Shown here: piece by piece, positions 28,153-32,000 of the stretch | Position numbering within the stretch: the stretch's first letter is position 1 | How the letters are laid out: each line of letters starts with the position of its first letter | Origin: Nitrosospira multiformis ATCC 25196 | GTDB lineage: Bacteria; Pseudomonadota; Gammaproteobacteria; Burkholderiales; Nitrosomonadaceae | Direction of reading: 5' to 3' | Assembly (NCBI RefSeq): GCF_000196355.1 | Contig: NC_007614.1 | Span: forward strand, 2,610,001 to 2,642,000 | DNA length: 32,000 nt | Made by a program: the position numbers and the translations under genes | The notes under the pieces: generated by a model | What the model was told of the DNA's origin: nothing | The model's input: the letters and a program-made list of their open reading frames with translations, nothing else | Database searches by the model: none

Positions 28153-30261
28153 CTAGTGCACATGCTCGCCTGGTGGGGGCAGGATCTCCTCTTCGCGGTT
28201 GAGCTGCGCTATCTGCTGCATCAGCATGTCGGAGGCGGACCAGCCTGCGCCATCGAGTTCGGGTATCCAGCGCGCCCGCAGGTAGCCGAAGCGGTCCACC
28301 AGGAACTCCATGTGGTCAGGCAGCGTGCCTGCGCCCAGGAGGTCCGGATGGGAGAGCGTGCGCCGGAACAGGGCATAGCTGCGCACGATCTCCTCCGCCC
28401 CTTCGGTCACGATGGGGAAGTGAACGCCCGCCTTGAGCTGGCCCAGCGCGGCAGCACTCAGGTCATGCTCGGGCACTGCCAGAAGCACCGTGTTGCCGGC
28501 CTGCAGCTTTGCATGGAGCGCTTCCAGTTGCGCCAGGCGCTCGCGGGATTGCGGCCAGGAGAATAATACCAGCAGCACGTTCTTCTGGTTGCGGAAGTCC
28601 TTCAGGGTGCCGCTTGAGCCATCCTGCGCCACATACGAGAAATTGGGCGGGCCCATGTTGGGCTGCGGCTGCTCGGGCTTGACAGCGGGACTCATCAGGC
28701 GCGCCTGGTAGCCGCGCGACATGGCGTGCAGGAAGTTCACCACGTCCCAGCGGTCTTCCTCATCGAGCTTGTCGCCAAAGGAGGGCATGCCGGTATCGGG
28801 GATGCCGAAGGAGAGCCAGTGGAAGAAGTCGCCTGCGGTATGGCGGGCCGTGTGCGGTTCGGTCAAGAGGTCCACCGGCGGCTTGGCAAAGCTCTTGGCC
28901 ATCACGCCGTCGCCCTTGCCCTGCAGCCCGTGACAGGCCACGCAGTTCTCGGCAAAGTGGACGGCGCCATTGGAAATGGAGATGGTGTCAAACGGCACCG
29001 GCGTCTTGCGGTAGGTCTCGGGATAGGCATCCACCGTCAAGGGCGGCAGGCCCACGCCCAATCCGATGACCGCCAGGAGGACAGGCAACCCGAAGCGCAG
29101 CTTTTTGTCCCAGTGCTTCCTGCGCCCATAGAAGACTGCGGCTGCGGCCAGAACGAGCAGGGCGATGCCGCCGTAGACGCGCGGCATGATGACAGGCTCC
29201 CCCCAGGTGGCCGCAAGGGAGAAACGGAAGGAATAGGGCCAGTCCTGGATCAGGGCGTGCTTGGCAGGAACCGTGTTGGCCACGATGGTGGCAAGCAGCA
29301 CTATCCCTAAGGCCAGCCCGAATTCCAGGCTCACCCATTTCCTGAGTTTGCGCCCGCCGTTATCCGCTCCTTTTGCGCCTGCGTCCTCGTAGAACAGCGG
29401 CAGCCAGCTCGAGCGCGCGCGCGAGGCGATGATGAGCACCATCATGAGCAGGGCGATCTTGCCATTGAGCAGCCAGCCATATTTGGTGGCAACCAGGCCG
29501 CTGTAGTTGGTATCGACCATGCGGTAGGTGATGAGGATGCCGGTTGCAATCACCGCCAGCATGACGGGCAGCGCCAGGGTGGAGAAGCGCCGCAGGGCCT
29601 GGGCATCATGCCGGAAAGCTTCCTCGCGCGACTGGAATACGGCGTGGATGCGCTGGAGCGCCTGCGTCTGCAGGGCAGGCTGCGTTCCGGCGCTTCCGGC
29701 TTGCGCCTGCTTCAATTCGCTCTGGGGCTTGCAGGCAAAGCAGACCACCAGGAAAGCCGGCAGGGCGCCAAACCAGACGCTGCCCAGGATGATGTGCAGG
29801 GCGTAGGGCAGAAGCGAGACGACCGAGAGGTCCTCGGCTGCGGCGTGGCTGGCAAGCGAGCCGACCCCTAGGGTCAAGGCCGCCACACTTGCGCACAGGA
29901 TGTATTGCCAGCGTGCGGGCGGGGAGAAGCGGATGTAGAGGGCAATGGCAAAGACGACGAGCGCGCAGGCGGCGCGCGCGAGCCAGATATGCCCCATGCG
30001 CGTATTCTCCATGAGGGAGAGCCAGGCGGCCGGATGCCAGGCGTTCTCGTCAATCCCGGTGGCTTGCGCCGTGGTGGTCGCCAGGATGCCGAACAGGCCG
30101 GTGAGCAGGATGAGGGCAAGCCACGGCAGCGCACGCTCCACCCGCGTGACCCAGGGCGAGTGGACGGAGCCGGCAATGGCCAGAAACACGCAGCCCCCCA
30201 CCAGGATCATGTTGGACGCCAGCTGCGCCCAGCGCAGGAGCGTCGCGATGACCTCGATCAT
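28153..30261 (-). CDS. copD: CopD-family membrane protein fused to a cytochrome c domain and a thioredoxin-like C-terminal domain
   Basis: N-terminal multi-TM CopD region (ARAACALVVFAIALYIRF..., HIILGSVWFGALPAFLVV, YSGLVATKYGWLLNGKIALLMMVLIIASRARSSWLPLF); heme motif CVACHG with GMPSFGDKLDEEDRWDVVNFLHAMSRG; C-terminal LKDFRNQKNVLLVLFSWPQSRERLAQLEALHAKL... Confidence 0.9.
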   Translation of the reverse strand: MIEVIATLLRWAQLASNMILVGGCVFLAIAGSVHSPWVTRVERALPWLALILLTGLFGILATTTAQATGIDENAWHPAAWLSLMENTRMGHIWLARAACALVVFAIALYIRFSPPARWQYILCASVAALTLGVGSLASHAAAEDLSVVSLLPYALHIILGSVWFGALPAFLVVCFACKPQSELKQAQAGSAGTQPALQTQALQRIHAVFQSREEAFRHDAQALRRFSTLALPVMLAVIATGILITYRMVDTNYSGLVATKYGWLLNGKIALLMMVLIIASRARSSWLPLFYEDAGAKGADNGGRKLRKWVSLEFGLALGIVLLATIVANTVPAKHALIQDWPYSFRFSLAATWGEPVIMPRVYGGIALLVLAAAAVFYGRRKHWDKKLRFGLPVLLAVIGLGVGLPPLTVDAYPETYRKTPVPFDTISISNGAVHFAENCVACHGLQGKGDGVMAKSFAKPPVDLLTEPHTARHTAGDFFHWLSFGIPDTGMPSFGDKLDEEDRWDVVNFLHAMSRGYQARLMSPAVKPEQPQPNMGPPNFSYVAQDGSSGTLKDFRNQKNVLLVLFSWPQSRERLAQLEALHAKLQAGNTVLLAVPEHDLSAAALGQLKAGVHFPIVTEGAEEIVRSYALFRRTLSHPDLLGAGTLPDHMEFLVDRFGYLRARWIPELDGAGWSASDMLMQQIAQLNREEEILPPPGEHVH

Positions 30262-30683
30262 TTCGCGGCGGCTTTGTTCTTTATCGTGAAGTCGTGGGAC
30301 GAGTCAACCACATGCCCGTCCACCGACAGCACCCGGAACTTGACCGTGTACTTGCCCGGGCTCAATTCCGGCAGGGGCAGAACGATGGCTTTGGGGTCGT
30401 TGGCATCGATATGCGGTTTGGTTTCGGTGACAGGGGTCTTGGAGGCGTCGAGTACGGAGAGTGCGGCATAGTCCTTTTCGACTTCTTCGTTGAAGAACAG
30501 CCGCACCTGGGTGGGGGCCTGGGTCAGTTGCGCGCGGCGCGCAGGTTCTGCCTTGACCAGCATGGCGTGCGCCAGCGCCGGGCTGCTGTGCAGCCCCGCT
30601 ACCAGCAGCAGGAACGACAAAAGGCTGCCTGCCAGTAAGTGAACACTTGCTCTCCTGTCGGCAGATATCATCGATGGTTGCAT
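30258..30683 (-). CDS. copC: Copper resistance protein CopC family
   Basis: Signal peptide ending ...ALAHAMLVKAEPARRAQLTQAPTQVRLFFNEEVE; C-terminal FRVLSVDGHVVDSSHDFTI. Overlaps copD start by 4 nt. Confidence 0.93.
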   Translation of the reverse strand: MQPSMISADRRASVHLLAGSLLSFLLLVAGLHSSPALAHAMLVKAEPARRAQLTQAPTQVRLFFNEEVEKDYAALSVLDASKTPVTETKPHIDANDPKAIVLPLPELSPGKYTVKFRVLSVDGHVVDSSHDFTIKNKAAAK

Positions 30684-30710
30684 TTTTGCTCCTCTTATAT
30701 GGGCTCTGCA

Positions 30711-30730
30711 CCCGAAGATCGGGCTTCGGG
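30711..30730. other. Perfect 7-bp inverted repeat (cccgaag-atcggg-cttcggg) upstream of copC
   Basis: cccgaag at 30711-30717 and cttcggg at 30724-30730 with 6-nt loop; no adjacent U-tract on the minus strand. Confidence 0.4.
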
Positions 30731-30964
30731 CAGCCACTGTGGTCCTTGTCTTTTTTATTTGTCCCCGGTTGTTCTTGTTCGATCTGCACCCGGTTGACTT
30801 TTTTGTTCCTGCCTTATTGCATCTTGGACTCTTTCCCGCGCTTATGGTTCAGAGGGGGAGCCAGGCCGCGGCCCATGCCCGGGGTGCCCCCTGCACAAAG
30901 GGACTGCGGCGAGCCCAAGCTCAAGTCAACCTGAAGTCAGCGCTTACTCTCTTCCTTCCCTTTG

Positions 30965-31555
30965 CTAGGCGCTTGCACCGGCGGATTTGCGTCCGCGCAG
31001 GAAGAAGACGGCCGCTCCTATGATCACCGCCGCAATGGCGATGATGAGGTAGGGCGACATGCCCTTGGGTTCACCCACGGAGAAGGGGAAGCGCGAGACC
31101 AGCGGTTCCTTGTCGGTGACGGTCACGAGCCCCACGAACTTGCCAGGCTGGGTGAAGTTGTATTCAAAATTGATGGAGCCATTGGGATAGACCTTGGGCG
31201 GTATGTGCAGGATGGTGATTTCATCGAGCTTCTGCTGTTCGTCGGGAGCGGGCTGTCCGCCTGAACCGGTGTCGCGGATGATGCGCACTTCGGTGGGCAG
31301 GGGGCGCAGCGCTTCTTCAATGTAGTCCAGGGCAACTACGGTGCGGCCGGTATTGGGAATGTCTTCGCAGAATTCCTTCTCCTGCGTGGCATCCGGCTGG
31401 TAGCCGGTAAAGTGCATGGTGTAGGGGCCGATGGTGAGCTTGCATATATCATCGGCAAGCGACAGGCCGCCGTGCGCTTCCACCTGGGAGGAGAAGGGCA
31501 GGGCCAGGGCAAATACCAGTCCGATCAAGGCAGGTTTGAGTGAGGATGAGAACAT
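30965..31555 (-). CDS. Periplasmic domain plus C-terminal TM protein, resembling the small ORFs downstream of amoCAB (AmoD/AmoE-like)
   Basis: Signal peptide (LIGLVFALALPFSSQVEAHGG), ectodomain, C-terminal helix YLIIAIAAVIIGAAVFFLRGRKSAG; position directly upstream of copCD. Start adjusted to 31555. Confidence 0.65.
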   Translation of the reverse strand: MFSSSLKPALIGLVFALALPFSSQVEAHGGLSLADDICKLTIGPYTMHFTGYQPDATQEKEFCEDIPNTGRTVVALDYIEEALRPLPTEVRIIRDTGSGGQPAPDEQQKLDEITILHIPPKVYPNGSINFEYNFTQPGKFVGLVTVTDKEPLVSRFPFSVGEPKGMSPYLIIAIAAVIIGAAVFFLRGRKSAGASA

Positions 31556-31704
31556 TATCAATTCGCCTATATAAGTATGGTGAGTCAGTGAATCAGTGAT
31601 CCTGCAGGGTCGCGGTTGCATTTATCCGCCGCTGTTTTGCCAGGCTTGTGTCCGGCGCTCCTCTGCAACGGCAGGAGCCGGTTTATCCGGTGACCTTTCC
31701 TGCA

Positions 31705-32000
31705 TTACGGGTTGCGCGAGGAGCGCCAGCGTTGCACGCGCGGGGATTTCACGAGCTTGTATCCCAGCACGGCAAGCAGCAGCAGGGCGATCAGGGGGCC
31801 TACCGCGGCGCGGAATATTTCGGAATAGTTGATCATCTGTACCCGCAGGGGATACTGGTAGCGCAGGGGCGGCACGCCTTCTGCGGTGATGAATACGGTG
31901 TAGAGTCCCTGCTCGAGGGTGGTCTGGCCCTGGATGACACCATCCGGATGGTGCACAGGACGCAGTTGCGTGACCATCTCGTCCTCTTCGCTCGTGCCCC
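31705..32000 (-). CDS. C-terminal part of a second membrane-anchored AmoD/AmoE-like protein; 5' end beyond the window
   Basis: Frame stays open upstream of the tracked ATG (GTSEEDEMVTQLRP...) to the window edge; GLYTVFITAEGVPPLRYQYPLRV then TM helix AAVGPLIALLLLAVLGYKL. Confidence 0.6.
   Translation of the reverse strand, partial: GTSEEDEMVTQLRPVHHPDGVIQGQTTLEQGLYTVFITAEGVPPLRYQYPLRVQMINYSEIFRAAVGPLIALLLLAVLGYKLVKSPRVQRWRSSRNP

Noticed and set aside
28726-29310. 194-aa plus-strand ORF inside the copD fusion gene
   Set aside because: Antisense shadow ORF in GC-rich sequence; the minus-strand CopD/cytochrome c reading has clear motifs.
1-32000. CRISPR array, toxin-antitoxin pair, retron or other defence system
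   Set aside because: No regularly spaced direct repeats and no ORF with recognisable defence effector, RT, Cas or TA motifs; nearly all coding space is assigned to housekeeping, signalling or copper-related genes.

Overview
The window is mostly conserved chromosomal genes of a proteobacterium, probably an ammonia-oxidising betaproteobacterium (inferred from the cop/amo-type locus at the right edge). From left to right it contains: a partial LapA-type gene and pbpG; a three-gene signalling module (PAS histidine kinase, single-REC regulator, REC-REC-PAS-GAF-GGDEF-EAL protein); an ExbB/ExbD/proline-rich 'TonB-position' operon; an S9 peptidase; recQ; a methyltransferase; a truncated SDR gene coupled to a GH15 gene; an integrase N-terminal fragment beside tRNA-Ser(CGA); mltF; a 1-Cys peroxiredoxin; cysG; a PHP phosphatase / YciO / site-2 protease / trpS / scpA / scpB block; and a copD-cytochrome c-thioredoxin-like fusion, copC and two related small membrane-anchored proteins resembling the genes downstream of amoCAB. 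I found no CRISPR array, complete mobile element or clear defence system. The best leads are the ExbBD-linked protein without a recognisable TonB C-terminus, the apparently internally deleted SDR, the integrase remnant at tRNA-Ser, and the amo/cop-type locus following scpB with its cysteine-less thioredoxin-like fusion domain.
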